Shown here piece after piece: positions 25,301 to 37,121 of a DNA stretch of 64,000 bases. Both the position numbers and the translations under genes were made by a program. The stretch is from positions 32,116,001 to 32,180,000 of the forward strand of contig CP158635.1 of NCBI GenBank assembly GCA_050273025.1, given 5' to 3'. How positions within the stretch are numbered: the stretch's first letter is position 1; each line of letters opens with the position of its first letter. Below the pieces are notes generated by a model. It was not told where the DNA came from, ran no database searches, and saw nothing but the letters and a program-made list of their open reading frames with translations. The stretch comes from Cenococcum geophilum (taxonomy: Eukaryota).

Positions 25301-28300
25301 CTTAACTTGGAAGGGACCTAGGTATCTTATATTGAGCTTCTTTAATAGTTAACGGGTTTTGATATTCGTTAAACATAATAGAACCTTATCGCCTACTCCG
25401 AAATGCTTATTTTGGTGCTTACGGTTATACTAAAGTCTCTACTACTCTTAGGCATTTTGTAGGCTCTACTTCGCATGCTTCCATTACTCCTCCTATTCCT
25501 AGAGGTATCCTTATACTCTCCGGTGGATGTCCTTAGACTTTCTGGTAGGATCCTATAACTAATTATACGGCCTTAGCTAGTAATCGTTGGGTATACTATT
25601 AAACCCAAATAGTTGAACGCTATAGGCAATCTGGATTGGTGTATACTTATATAATGTATATTGCTTTAAATTATAAGCGTACTCCGCGTACGGAAGTAGC
25701 TCGCACTAGTTATCTTACTAGTAGTTTAAATATATCCGTAGGTAAGACTCTAGTTTCTAGTTCTGGCGTTCCGTTTGCCCATCCGTCTATAGGTAGAAAG
25801 CCGTACTATACCGGTGGTCTATCTTTAAATGGAAGTATAGATCCGACCAGTACTGACTTATAAAGACGCTGCCCCTATTAGTAATAATGGAGTGCGGCTA
25901 ATCTACTTTAAGAAAGCATTTCTCCTTAATTAGGTTGGCGAGCTCTTATATATTAATCGTCTTATTAATAGGAAGGTATTGGACGTACTTTAAAAACCTA
26001 TTAATAAGTACGAGGACCGAATTATATATTTGTCCTTAGCTATCTTTAGATGGCGGGAGATCCGTGATAAAGTTTATGGCGTAATGTCACTATAGCTTAC
26101 TGGCGGGGGGAACTGATTTAAGTAGACTCTATAGCTTATACCTGCGGATCTTGTATACTTAACACTTCTCGCAATAGCTAATATACTCCTTTGCTTCCTA
26201 ATTAAGCCTTAGCTAATAGTATTTGCGCTAAAGTAATTCCACTATCTTTACTTAACCATAGTGGCCGCCCAAAGGATCATCGTAATTCTTCATAAGAATC
26301 TTCTATTGTAGATTTGCTTCTTATGGCACCTAAACCTTATTACCTCTATATAGTAGGCCCATTAGGTCTAGTTCCTAATAGTGGCGCCTAGCAGCTTCCT
26401 TTCCGTTACGTTTCCGGTCTACTTCTGTATTAAGAATGGCATAGGAAGCGTCCCTCCGTTGCACCTTATAGATAAGATCCGTTAACCCTTCGGATAGTTC
26501 CTAGGTAAAAGCTGTTTCATCCCGTACTGCTCTAAGTATAAGACTAGATGGTACCATAGATTTTATAACTCTTCAATACGCGTGCGTTAAGAAGGCCGCT
26601 ACGAGGTTAAAGTCCTTTAGTTGTTACAGGGCTCCGAGTTCCGATTGCTCTATAGCTTCGCTATTTATTTAAGGGGATAGCTTAGCAATTAGAGATAGTG
26701 TATTACTAGGTTCCGAGAATGTATTAAGGACGTCCTGTCTAGGTATATTTGGACCCTTATTGGCAACGGACCGGGTACTAGCTAGAATATCAGTAGAAAC
26801 CAATAGGGCTTATACCGCCTAAGACTTAGTATATAAAGCTGTAGGTGCTTAAGCATCCTATACCTAGAGCTTGTTCTACAATATAGGGAGTAAGATATCT
26901 ATTATCTATTTTCCTTCTCCCGTTTTAAAGCCTTTGGCATAGTCTAGCCGTCATAACGGTCCATTAGTAGGGTTATTTTCCCCTGGCTTATATTTGATCT
27001 TAAAATCAAATTATGCGAGCTCCTCTACCTATCTGGCTTATTGAGGTGTAAGCTCCTTTATAGTTATAAAGTAGTATAGATTATAGTGATCTAAGAGTAT
27101 ACGAGTGGTATGGCTCGCGTACTCAAGGTAGTGTCGCCACTGTTTAAAGTAGTTAACTATAGCCAGCAGTTCCTTATCGTGGGTATAATACCTAACTTTA
27201 GGTCCCTGGAATTTTCTACTATAAAATGCTACTAGTCTCTAATGGAGCTGGGTAGCGTCTAGATGCCTATTAGGTTATAATAGGATACCGGCAAGGGCAA
27301 AATTTAATACATTAGTGATTATTATTAATGGCTAATCTGGGTTAAAATGCCGCAGTAATAAAGCTTCTATAAACTTTACGCGAAGTTCCCGGAAGGCCTC
27401 CTAAACCTTTCCGGGCTATAACCATAGCTTATACCATTTAGTTAGTCCCTTCTTAGTTTTCTTCCTTGCCGCCTTTAAGCTTTTTACTCCTTAGGTTGGG
27501 TCTTAGGAAGCTTCTATAATATGGTTAAATAGGTGTCGGGTAATGTCCGAGTAGTTATAGATAAAGCGCCTATAGAAATTGGTAAAGCTTAGAAACACTT
27601 AAATATCCTAGTAGCTCTCTGGCTCCGGCTACTCCTAAATCGTCTACACCCGTACTAGGTCCATAACTACACCTATAGGCGTTATAATATAACCCAGGAA
27701 CTTAACCTACTTAGTATTAAAGATATATTTTAACGCCTTAGCGTAGAGGCCCTAATTATTTAAACGTTTCAGCACTTCGCGGACGTGTTATTTATATTAA
27801 TCCTCGTCTTCCGAGTAGATTAAGATGTTATCTAAATAGACGACGTATATGCGGTTAACTAGTCCCCCTAAGGCTCTGTAAATGTACAATTAGAATGTCG
27901 CAGGCGTATTGGCTAGCCTAAAAGGCATTACCAGATACTTAAAGTGGCCGTATTAGGTCTTAAAAGCGGTCTTCTATTTATCCCCTTCTTTGATACGGAG
28001 CCTATGGTAGGCGTCTTATAGATCCAGCTTCGTGAAGATCTTCGCCCTAGATAGTTAATCTAGCATTTTACTAACCAGTAGTAGTAGGTAATGGTTCTTA
28101 ATTGTAATCTTGTTAAGACTATAATAGTCTATATATAGCCTTATGGTTCTATCTGGTTTTGGGACGAAGAGGATCAGTGCGCCTAACGGCGACTTACTGG
28201 GCCGGATCTACCCCTTTTCCAGTGACCTATTAAGGTACTCCCGTAGGATCTCAAGCTCTTTACGCGAGAGGTTATAGATAGGAAGGTTTGGCGGTTGTTT

Positions 28301-31300
28301 GCCTTCTTTTAAATTAATTGCATAATCGTACTTTAAGTTCTATGGTAGGACTTTTGCTCTCCTACCCGAAAATACCCTTAGTAAGTCCCTTAGGCCTACT
28401 AGGATATTTAATAAATTAGGGTTGTGTTTATTCTTTATATTATTATCGGGTAGGTCCCGGAGCTCTCTTAGGATGCTTATAGGCAGCGTTATACGCTATA
28501 GTGGTTGCTTATATATAGTTGCCACCATATATTAAACCGTTTTATGCAGTAGCTAGTGGAGGGTAGGGAACTCCTTAACGCAGCGTTTAAGGTGCTGTAG
28601 TATGCTCTCTATATATTGCTTAAGCCAGAGTAATCCGTAGCGGTTAAAGTATCTTATAAGATCCTTAAGATCGCCGCCTCCCTATAATATCTCTGCGACC
28701 TATCCAGCAGTTCCCTATAGGGTCTCCGTTATAGAGGAGTTATTACCTATACTAGGCTCTATACCTATCTTGCTACCAAATAGGGGTTAAATCCGATACT
28801 CCTTTAGGTATAGAGTATACACTGTTTTGCCTAGGGCTACATTCTCTAGGATGTCCTTTAGGCTTATTAGTAATATGCGCCCTTCTAAATCTTTATCGTT
28901 CTACTATTTAAAGGCTTTAGTTTTAAAGCGTATCTTAGGATCTACTTTCGCTAGCTAAGGGTATCTAAGAATAAGGTTGTAACCTACGAAGTTAGCTGCC
29001 TAGAAGGGTTGCGGGCCGACTACCTTGGTGCAGTTATATATATCGGCCACTAACACTGTAAGCTTATAGGCACTATATAGTTTAATCCAATGCTTATTTA
29101 GAAAGCCTACGATAGGTTTTTACCACCTTTATAATAGGATAAGTTTATGCTCTTTTACCAAATTATATTGTATAAGATTAATTTTGGCGCTGCTATTATA
29201 TAGTGCTTAGAACTATTATACCTTATCTATAGGGAGTGTTATTTCTAGCTTAACAGTAATATAGAGAGTCTCTCCTTTTGTATCTTGCCCTAGTTATAGC
29301 TAGGAAAAGTCCGTAACTAGGGCTTTTCTTTTTTTAGATTATTAGTGCGGTTATTGCCCTACTTGTTTTTCTAATAGGATCTGCCTCTAGAGTTTTCTCT
29401 TAACTTCTTAGAGTGTTCCTATAAAGGTGCTAGATGGGTATTAGGTTGGCCCTAGGAGTCTTTCCCGTTATTTAAGGTTTCTAACTTTAACCCTTTTGAA
29501 GTTCTCTTTAAGAACGGCTTCTTTAAAGGTTAGGTCTGCCCTGCGTTACTACTAAAGTGCCTATGCTTTTGGTAACCCCCTAGCTTTCTACTGGAAGAGG
29601 TCTAGTTCTTTACTGTATCCTTAGCGTTTAGAACCGCTCGTTCAAAATCCGTATATACGGTAATTTGCGGTAGGGCTCCTACGCGCTTTATTTTGTTATG
29701 AATTACTAGCTTAATTTTAGCCCAGATAAATCCGATCTTCTTTTTCTTATAGACGCTGCCGTCCTTATTTTTAAAGGGCTTTAGATCTATCTGTTAAGTA
29801 TAAGTTTCTATAAAGTTTATAAACTAGTAGAAGTCTTAACGGTCTAGCTGCGTACCATTCTAGAATTGTTCTGTATTGTCGTATTATATAATATATAGAT
29901 CTTAGGTCTAACCCTTTAGGAAGGTCTATAGCTATAGCCATATTATAATTTGCTCTTTATTAAGTTAATTAAGCGCGATCTGGTTTAGCGATCGGTCTTT
30001 AATCTTGCTAATAATCTAGCGTATACGCTCTTTGGTATTATCTTATATTATTAGCATCTTAAAGAAGTTGTCTACCTTGCGAACCCAATCGTCCAGCTAT
30101 TAGGCGTTGGGTCTATAACGAAGTTCTAGACTATTAGAGGCCTTAGCTAGTTAGTCTATATCCTTTTTCTATTTATTATATAGGTGCCTCTCTAAGTCTT
30201 CTATACCTCTTTAGGTAGGTACTAGGTAGCCCCCAGGAAGCCCTTAGCCTTAACTAGGTTATAAAAGAATTTATCTAGCTTGGATTAGACCCTGCCAGAT
30301 CTGGATTTGCCCTTAAAGGGTTCTAATATGTTTATTAGTGGCTTTCTCCCGTATAGCTTTTGAGAGCCTTACAACAGCTTCCTAATATCTATTTTAAAGG
30401 AGATTGGTGTAGGGCTCTTAACCTTCCGAACTTGGGCCCGGGGAGGCTCCTGCTATAGAGGTAGTGTTAGTACTAGTAGCTGGTGTGGGCTTCCCAACGG
30501 GGCTTGGGTCTTAAGTTAGTAATTAGCTTAGATTACCTAAAGGGGTAGGCCCGCTTGGCTCGTAAGCAGTCTATATACCGCTACTGTGCCGATTATAGGC
30601 CGGTAGTCTTCCGGGAGGGTTCCGGTTGGTTCCCTGGTTGGATATATTAGTATATTCCTCTGGCATTTCTGGCTTAGGGGAAGATCTTAGAGTCGCCTCT
30701 GGCGCTTAATCTTCTAATTAGCCTAGGTAGGGCCGGAGGGGTTCTAGCTGCTTTTTAGCAGTGTTGTGACCGTCGTAGAGGGTGTCTGTATTTTCCTTAG
30801 CGTTGCTAGTAACCGTAGGTGTGCGAGAGTCTTCGAGCTCTTAGAGCATCTAGGTATTGGGGCTTATTTAGCCGTCTTACCTAGAGGGTTGTATTGTTGT
30901 AATCTCTCGCTATTAAAGGGACCTTCCTGCCTTTACGCGACGGCTTTCTATAAGGTATCCGTGGAGTTTCCGTTTAGGTTGTCGCGAGATTTTAAGGGAG
31001 GATAGTAGTTGTAAATAAATGATATAAATAAACAATCTGGTCCTTAAAGCCGACTACCCTTCTAAAAAAGAGTAGGAAAAATTTAAATGTGAGGGGATCT
31101 TGTAGACAGGGGGCTATAAGGACACGATTAGAACAAGATAGATTAGTAAGAGAGACGAATCCTTAAGGAGGTAAGGCCTCTGGGATTGTGGAGACTATAT
31201 ACTACGGGCACGTGCCGGAGGCACGTGCCTGGCGACCATCCGAGGGGCGTCCGGGGGTTGTCCTGAGGGCAACCCGAGGTGTCCGCAATAATATCCCTTA

Positions 31301-31302
31301 CA
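22384..31302 (-). mobile_element. Complete Ty3/Gypsy chromovirus, family B (8.9 kb), nested in gag of A
   Basis: 215-bp LTRs at 22384-22598 and 31088-31302; TSD TTTAT. Minus-strand gag-pol with RT (VVYLDNILIYS, ~27830), RNase H, integrase and a chromodomain (~25000-25150); PPT at ~22600-22615. Confidence 0.96.
23700..24520 (+). pseudogene. Antisense, intron-containing Cys-cluster gene carried by Gypsy B (core region; the gene may extend ~22700-24800)
   Basis: Reads WC*SCLNNFACMSLKD*KSNNRILEACNKTHYVRSNTFSPCN*CMRTKSGSCVK, followed by a predicted intron 23912-23955 (GTGAGC...GCTAAC...AAG). The same layout is present in the second copy at ~16260-16480 (minus). Confidence 0.6.
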
Positions 31303-34300
31303 TTTATATTCTTAAGCTAGAAAGGGTTTATAGAGCGACTTACGCAAATATTTAGAGACTTAGAATTAATAACTACGGCGGAAAGAAAACTCTAAGATAT
31401 TATATAACGAACTTTAGTAATTAAGTATATAATACAGTTCTAAACGCTAGCGATATAAGTAGAGTGGAATAATAGGGCACTTATAGCATAGTATAAGCAG
31501 GGACTTAAGGCTAAAGTTTAGGATGTAATTATCCTAATGGAAGATACAGACACCCTAAGGGAACTAATAGATTAAGCGATTAAGATTAATAATTAGATCT
31601 ACTAAAGGGAACAGACTAAAAGAGGTTAGGATAGAGTTCTATAGTTATATAAGGCGTAGAGTACACAACAATAAAAGCTAAGTTAGAAACTATAGTATGG
31701 CGCAGAGCCAATGGACCTAAGTAGTACTAAAGAAGCCCATAAAAGATGGAGTAAAAAACTATAGAAACCTAGAGGTTAAGGATCTAGTAATTACAGGACT
31801 AAAAAGCAGAGGCTAAACTAGGGATCTTAGTAGCAGAAGACGTTTAGGCGGACTCTATAGCAAAGTTAATAGTTTAAAAATAGAGCTTATATAAATTGCA
31901 GAAAATAAGGTTACTTCGTAAGGGATTATAAAGATAGTTAGAGTTACTATATAATAAAGGGAATTAGACTAATAGTAGAAGATATATATGTATAGAAGGA
32001 TAATAGTATACTATAAGGAACAAAAGAATGTTTAATTAGAAGTTTTGCGTTTTGTTATAATAATACATACCAAATTTATAAAGACGCTAAGTATAGCGTA
32101 AGCTATTAGCTATAGGAGCTAAAATCTATAGAGTATAGAGGAATTAATAAACTAGTTCGCAGATCGGACATTAAGGACGATAAATTTAATAAAGGCGAAA
32201 TATTTTATAACGATAAGGCAATAAGGGCCGCTTACTAGAAGTAAGCAGACCTTAGAGATATTATACTAGAGGTAAAGGATAATTCCACTATAGAATAGGG
32301 AACATTAGTAGGGATTAAGACCCCGCTAGACATAATGTCTATTACTTTATAAGATATAAGAGAAGTAGGACAGTAAACCACTTCGGCACTTAATAAAGGC
32401 AAAAGGCTAAAGGCTTAAGATTCTTAAGATAAGATAAGAGACGACTAAGATTCTTAAGACGAGATAAGGCAAGCTTAAGGACCCATAACGGACGAAAACC
32501 GATAGAGTAGAGCAGTAGCTTAGTTTAAAGATATATAAATAAGCTTAGGACAGAGATTCCCACAGGCATAAGATTCTTAAGAAGAGATAAGTGAGATTTA
32601 AGACTTTTAAGATAAAATAAGAACACTAAGTAAGCCTAGTTGGACTAAGGTAGGAGTGAAGCTTAAGTTAGAAGCGAGCTTAGAATTAAGAATCCTATAG
32701 GACCAAGACTTTAAGACACAAATAAGGACTATTAAAAAGATTAGAGAATCTATAATATAAATAGTAACTAGACTAGGAGACAGATATATAGACCTAGAGG
32801 ATTTACTAGGGGAACGCGGTATTCGGCCTAAAGATCGAAAAATTAATACTAAGATTAAGAAATAAGACGATTTTAAGGATCTAAGCGCAAGACGCAAACC
32901 AAAGGAAACCATAGAAGAATTTAGACGAAGAATTATCGCATAGTAAGAACAGAAACTAGATAAGAGATCTAGCATATTAGGATATATAAGGAATAGAGCG
33001 CTAGTACAAAGAATTACTAATAGGCCTAGGGCAGGCATACTAAGAGCTAAGTGGCTTACCGAACTGGAAAATAAAGAGAATCTAGGGATTCCGACTAGAT
33101 TTAAGGAACGATATACTAAAGGTTATCACGATATAGTAATAAGAAGATACTTCCTTATAAACAAGCTATATACACTCTAGCAGCTATACCAAAAATGGTA
33201 TAGGCAAAGGCATAACAATAAGTAGGAAAATTTCTATATATAGTTAGATGAAAAAGTTATCTAAAACTACCCAATTATAGAGAAGGCCATAAATTACATT
33301 AAAGGAGCCTTAATTATAATATTAAAGGATCTAGAGGAATAATTAGAGGACTAGAGAAGTAAAAGGCGCATCTTAGTACCTATAAATAAAGTTATAACGT
33401 TTAGATTAACACAAGAGAGGTTTAAACTTAAGGATAAAGATGAGCTAAGAGTTAACCTAAAGCACCTAGCATATTATATATTAACGTAGATTGCATATAT
33501 AGATGATACGTATAATATATATAGAGCACTAAAGGATAAGTATTGGAAATACCCTATAAAAATATATTAGTTGGCAGAAGAATAGAGGTATTAAAACGCT
33601 AAGTATATATATAGTTAGCATCTAGTAGAAGTTTAGGAGTTAGAAGACTTAATACTTTAGCTAGGAAGATTCCTTACGGAAGAATGCCTAAACGGACAAT
33701 AGTAGTAGGAATACCTAGAAAATACGTGTCTATAGCATATTAAAGACAAAAAGCGAATTAAGTATTGGCCTAAGTTAGACTAAGTATAAACAGGATTAAG
33801 CAGTTAATAGTTAGGAAAAGTAGAGGCCTATGGGACTAAAGGGAACTAGTAGTAGGGCCTTAGACCCTTAAAGGAGTTTAAGGACGGTACCTAAATTTAT
33901 AAGTTAAATAGCAAGATTAACAGTTTAAGGTACTAATAGATAGTAGAGCAATAAGGAACTATATCTCGCCAACGGTAGTTAAAAGGATAGGTTTACCACA
34001 CTGGAAAAAGGAGCATTCTTACCTATTAGTAACAATTTTAGGAGATCCAATAGCCTATAGAGGAGGCATTATTAATCTTAAAACAGGACCTATTTAGTTA
34101 ACCATTAAAGGAAGATAAATCGAGATGTCTTTTAATATATTACCATTAGGAAATAATAAGGCAGTACTAAGAATACCTTAGTTATAGGAATATAATCTAA
34201 AGATTGATTGGGTTATAGGTTAGGTTAATATTAGAGATACTTAACGCCGTAAGATATAATAATAAGCTAAGATAGTATGGTACTAAGTAGGAGTGTCACA

Positions 34301-34599
34301 GACCTGCGGAGGATAGGCCGGATAGGCCTCTCGGATAATAGGCCTATCAGCTGATAGTATCCGGAGACTATCCGGATAGTCTCCGGATAGTCTTGGCAAA
34401 ATCCCCTTAATATGCTTACACTTGTAATGCACCTCCCAATATTAAATAAATAAATTTTCTATTAGTATAGATTTATAGAGCTTATAAAGCGCTTTAAAAT
34501 GGTACCACTTTTATCTAAATATCCTAAGGATAAGTAATATATTATAGATATAAAGCTTTCAAGAGCTCTGCGGAACAAGAGCCGCGCACGGAGCTCTAC

Positions 34600-34955
34600 C
34601 AAAGCTCTGCACGAAGCTCTGTATACGGAGGCTCTGCACGAAGCTTTACGTACGGAGGCTCTACACGAAGCTCTGCACGAAGCTCTGCGTACGGAGGCTC
34701 TGCGTATGGAGGCTCTGCACGAAGCTCTGCGTATGGAGGCTCTGCACGAAGCTCTGCGTACGGAGACTCTGCGTATGGGGGCTCTGCACGAAGCTCTGCA
34801 TATGGAGGCTCTGCACGAAGCTCTGCGTATGGAGGCTCTGCACGAAGCTCTGCGCGTGGAGGCTCTGCACGAAGCTCTGCGTACGGAGGCTCTGCACGGG
34901 GCTCTGCGTATGGAGACTCTGCACGAAGCTCTACACGAAGCTCTGCACGAAGCTT
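34600..34955 (+). repeat. 27-bp GC-rich minisatellite (GCTCTGCACGAAGCTCTGCGTATGGAG)
   Basis: About 12 tandem units; source of the spurious RASCRAS/EALH ORFs. Confidence 0.92.
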
Positions 34956-35890
34956 TTATATAGAGCCTCCGTAGTAGAGCCGTCGTACGCAGAACCGTCG
35001 TACGCAGAGCTGTCGCGCAGAGCCTCTGCACGTAGAGATTCGTGTAGATCCTCGTATAAAGCCTTATATAAAGCTTTTATATGCAGAGCCTCTATATAAT
35101 ATAATAATATTTAATTAAAAATATATATAACTACTTAGCTAATAAATATTATTTTTGTAAAGATAAATATTTATTTTATTATAGACATCTAGACCTTACT
35201 AAGCTTTAAATAATTATATATTAAGAAATATAGCTAAGGCTATCTAAAGACTATCCAGATAGTCTCCAAATACTATTAGCTAATAGGTCTATTATCTAAG
35301 AGGCCTATCTAGCCTATCCTTTATAAGTCTATTAAAGATATACTTATAAAGAATAAACTATCCTATTTAGTTAGGTGGATAATAATCCTATCTAAGGATA
35401 GCCTAGATATAATATTTAGATAAGGCTTAGTATCTATAAAATTTTAACTATAAAACTAAATCTTTTATTTCTATTATATAACACTATAAATATAGCTAGT
35501 ACTAGGCTTTATATAAAGCTATATACGTAGAGCTTCTATATATAGAGTCTTTAATATAGAGCGTCGTATAGAGCCCTATACGTAAAGCCTCTATATATAT
35601 AGCCTTTATATATAGAGCGTTATATAGAGCGTCCTATAGAGCGTCTATATATAGAGTTTTTAATATAGAGTATTGTGCAGAGCGTTATATAGAGCGTTAT
35701 AGTATATTAGTGCTACGTATTAGTAAAGCCTTAGAGATCTAAATAGGGCTTTAAGCAGAGCTTTATGGAGAGCTTTTGCAGAGCTTCGTGCAGAGCTTTA
35801 TGTAGAGCCTCTACTATCTACGTACTATAAAAGATCGGTAAAAATCGCCAAGCCGTAGCGGCGTGTATTGTCCTTTATTAAAACAATATA

Positions 35891-36212
35891 CCCCCTATAG
35901 CCCCACTAATATAACTCTATATTTTATAAATAGAGTACTATTCTATAGCTCTATTTTAGGGCTATAAAATAAGCTATTATTTATAAAATATAGAGCGTTA
36001 TTAGTAGGGTTATAGGGGGTGCTTTGCAATGGCTTAAGGCTCTCCGCTGACTTATCCGGCCCCTCCATTCCTAGAAATAAGTACCCCCTATAACTCTACC
36101 AAAACGGCCTTATATTATATAAATAAAGGCTTATTTTATAGCCCTAGAATAGAGCTATAAATTAGGCCTCTATTTATAAAATATAGAGTTATATTAGTGG
36201 GGCTATAGGTAG
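35891..36212. mobile_element. MITE-like foldback with ~80-bp inverted repeats
   Basis: 35893-35975 (CCTATAGCCCCACTAATATAACTCTATATTTTATAAATAGAG...) is the reverse complement of 36128-36209, with a partial third copy at ~35980-36020. Confidence 0.7.
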
Positions 36213-37121
36213 TATATTATTTGGATATTATCCGGATATTATCCGATATCCGGGCTATCCTCGGATAGGATTATTATCCGCCCGACCGGATAGGATAATC
36301 TATCCTCCGCAGGTCTGGAGTGTCACGGAACCCTACCGCAGGGGCCTCTATAGGAGAGCCCCGTGCTCTCGCGTATACCTCGCGTACAGCTTATATCAGC
36401 TACGCGTAGGTATATCACCTCCTTACGCCCTCGACCCTTACGATCGATCGCGCAACGTCTTGTAGACTCCTCGAATACATACGCTTTGTAGCCACTGCCC
36501 CCGTCCTATAACAAGGAGCAACCTATAAAGAAATAGAAAAAGGACTAAGCTATATACCAAAGAGATACTATAAGTATAGTAAGAAACTATAGTTACTAGA
36601 AAGTGAGAAGCTGTTAGAGTATATAGCATAGAACTATAAGATAGAATTAGAACTAGAAATAAGTCTAAGGTTTTTTCTAATCTATAAGCTTACCGAAGAA
36701 GAAGGTAAAGCGTTAAAAGAGTTTATCTAAGAAAATCTACGGAAGGGATATATTAGACCATTACAGTCATTAGCGGGTTATTTAGTACTATTCGTACCAA
36801 AAAAGAACGGTAAACTAAGGCTATATATCGACTATAGACAATTAAACAGCATTACTAGAAAGGATAGGTATCCTTTACCCTTAATTAGCGAAATCTAAGA
36901 TAGGATAGGTAATGCGTAAATCTTTACAAAGATAGATCTAAGATAGGCGTACCATTAGATTAGAATTAAGGAAGGCGACGAATAAAAGGCAGCCTTTAGG
37001 TTAAAGGAAGGACTATATAAGCTATTAGTTATACAATTTAGGCTTATAAACGCACTAGTAACGTTCTAAAAACGTATTAACAATATATTAGGAGAACACT
37101 TAGATAAATTTATTATAGTAT

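Larger units (their letters stand above)
34299..36317. mobile_element. Non-autonomous hAT-type composite element
   Basis: Perfect 18-bp TIR CAGACCTGCGGAGGATAG, 8-bp TSD GAGTGTCA (34291-34298, 36318-36325) and GGATA(G/A) subterminal repeats. No transposase is present. Confidence 0.92.
34294..36513. mobile_element. 193-bp solo LTR (body 36321-36513) inserted in Gypsy A and split at its 5' edge by a hAT-type element
   Basis: TGTCACGG...CTATAACA with TSD AGGAG (34289-34293, 36514-36518). The empty site TAAGTAGGAGCAACCT is present in the other A copy at ~62491-62506. Confidence 0.88.

Noticed and set aside
34462..35031. 189-aa RASCRAS ORF and overlapping EALH/QSF ORFs
   Set aside because: These are translations of a stop-free 27-bp minisatellite that is open in several frames.
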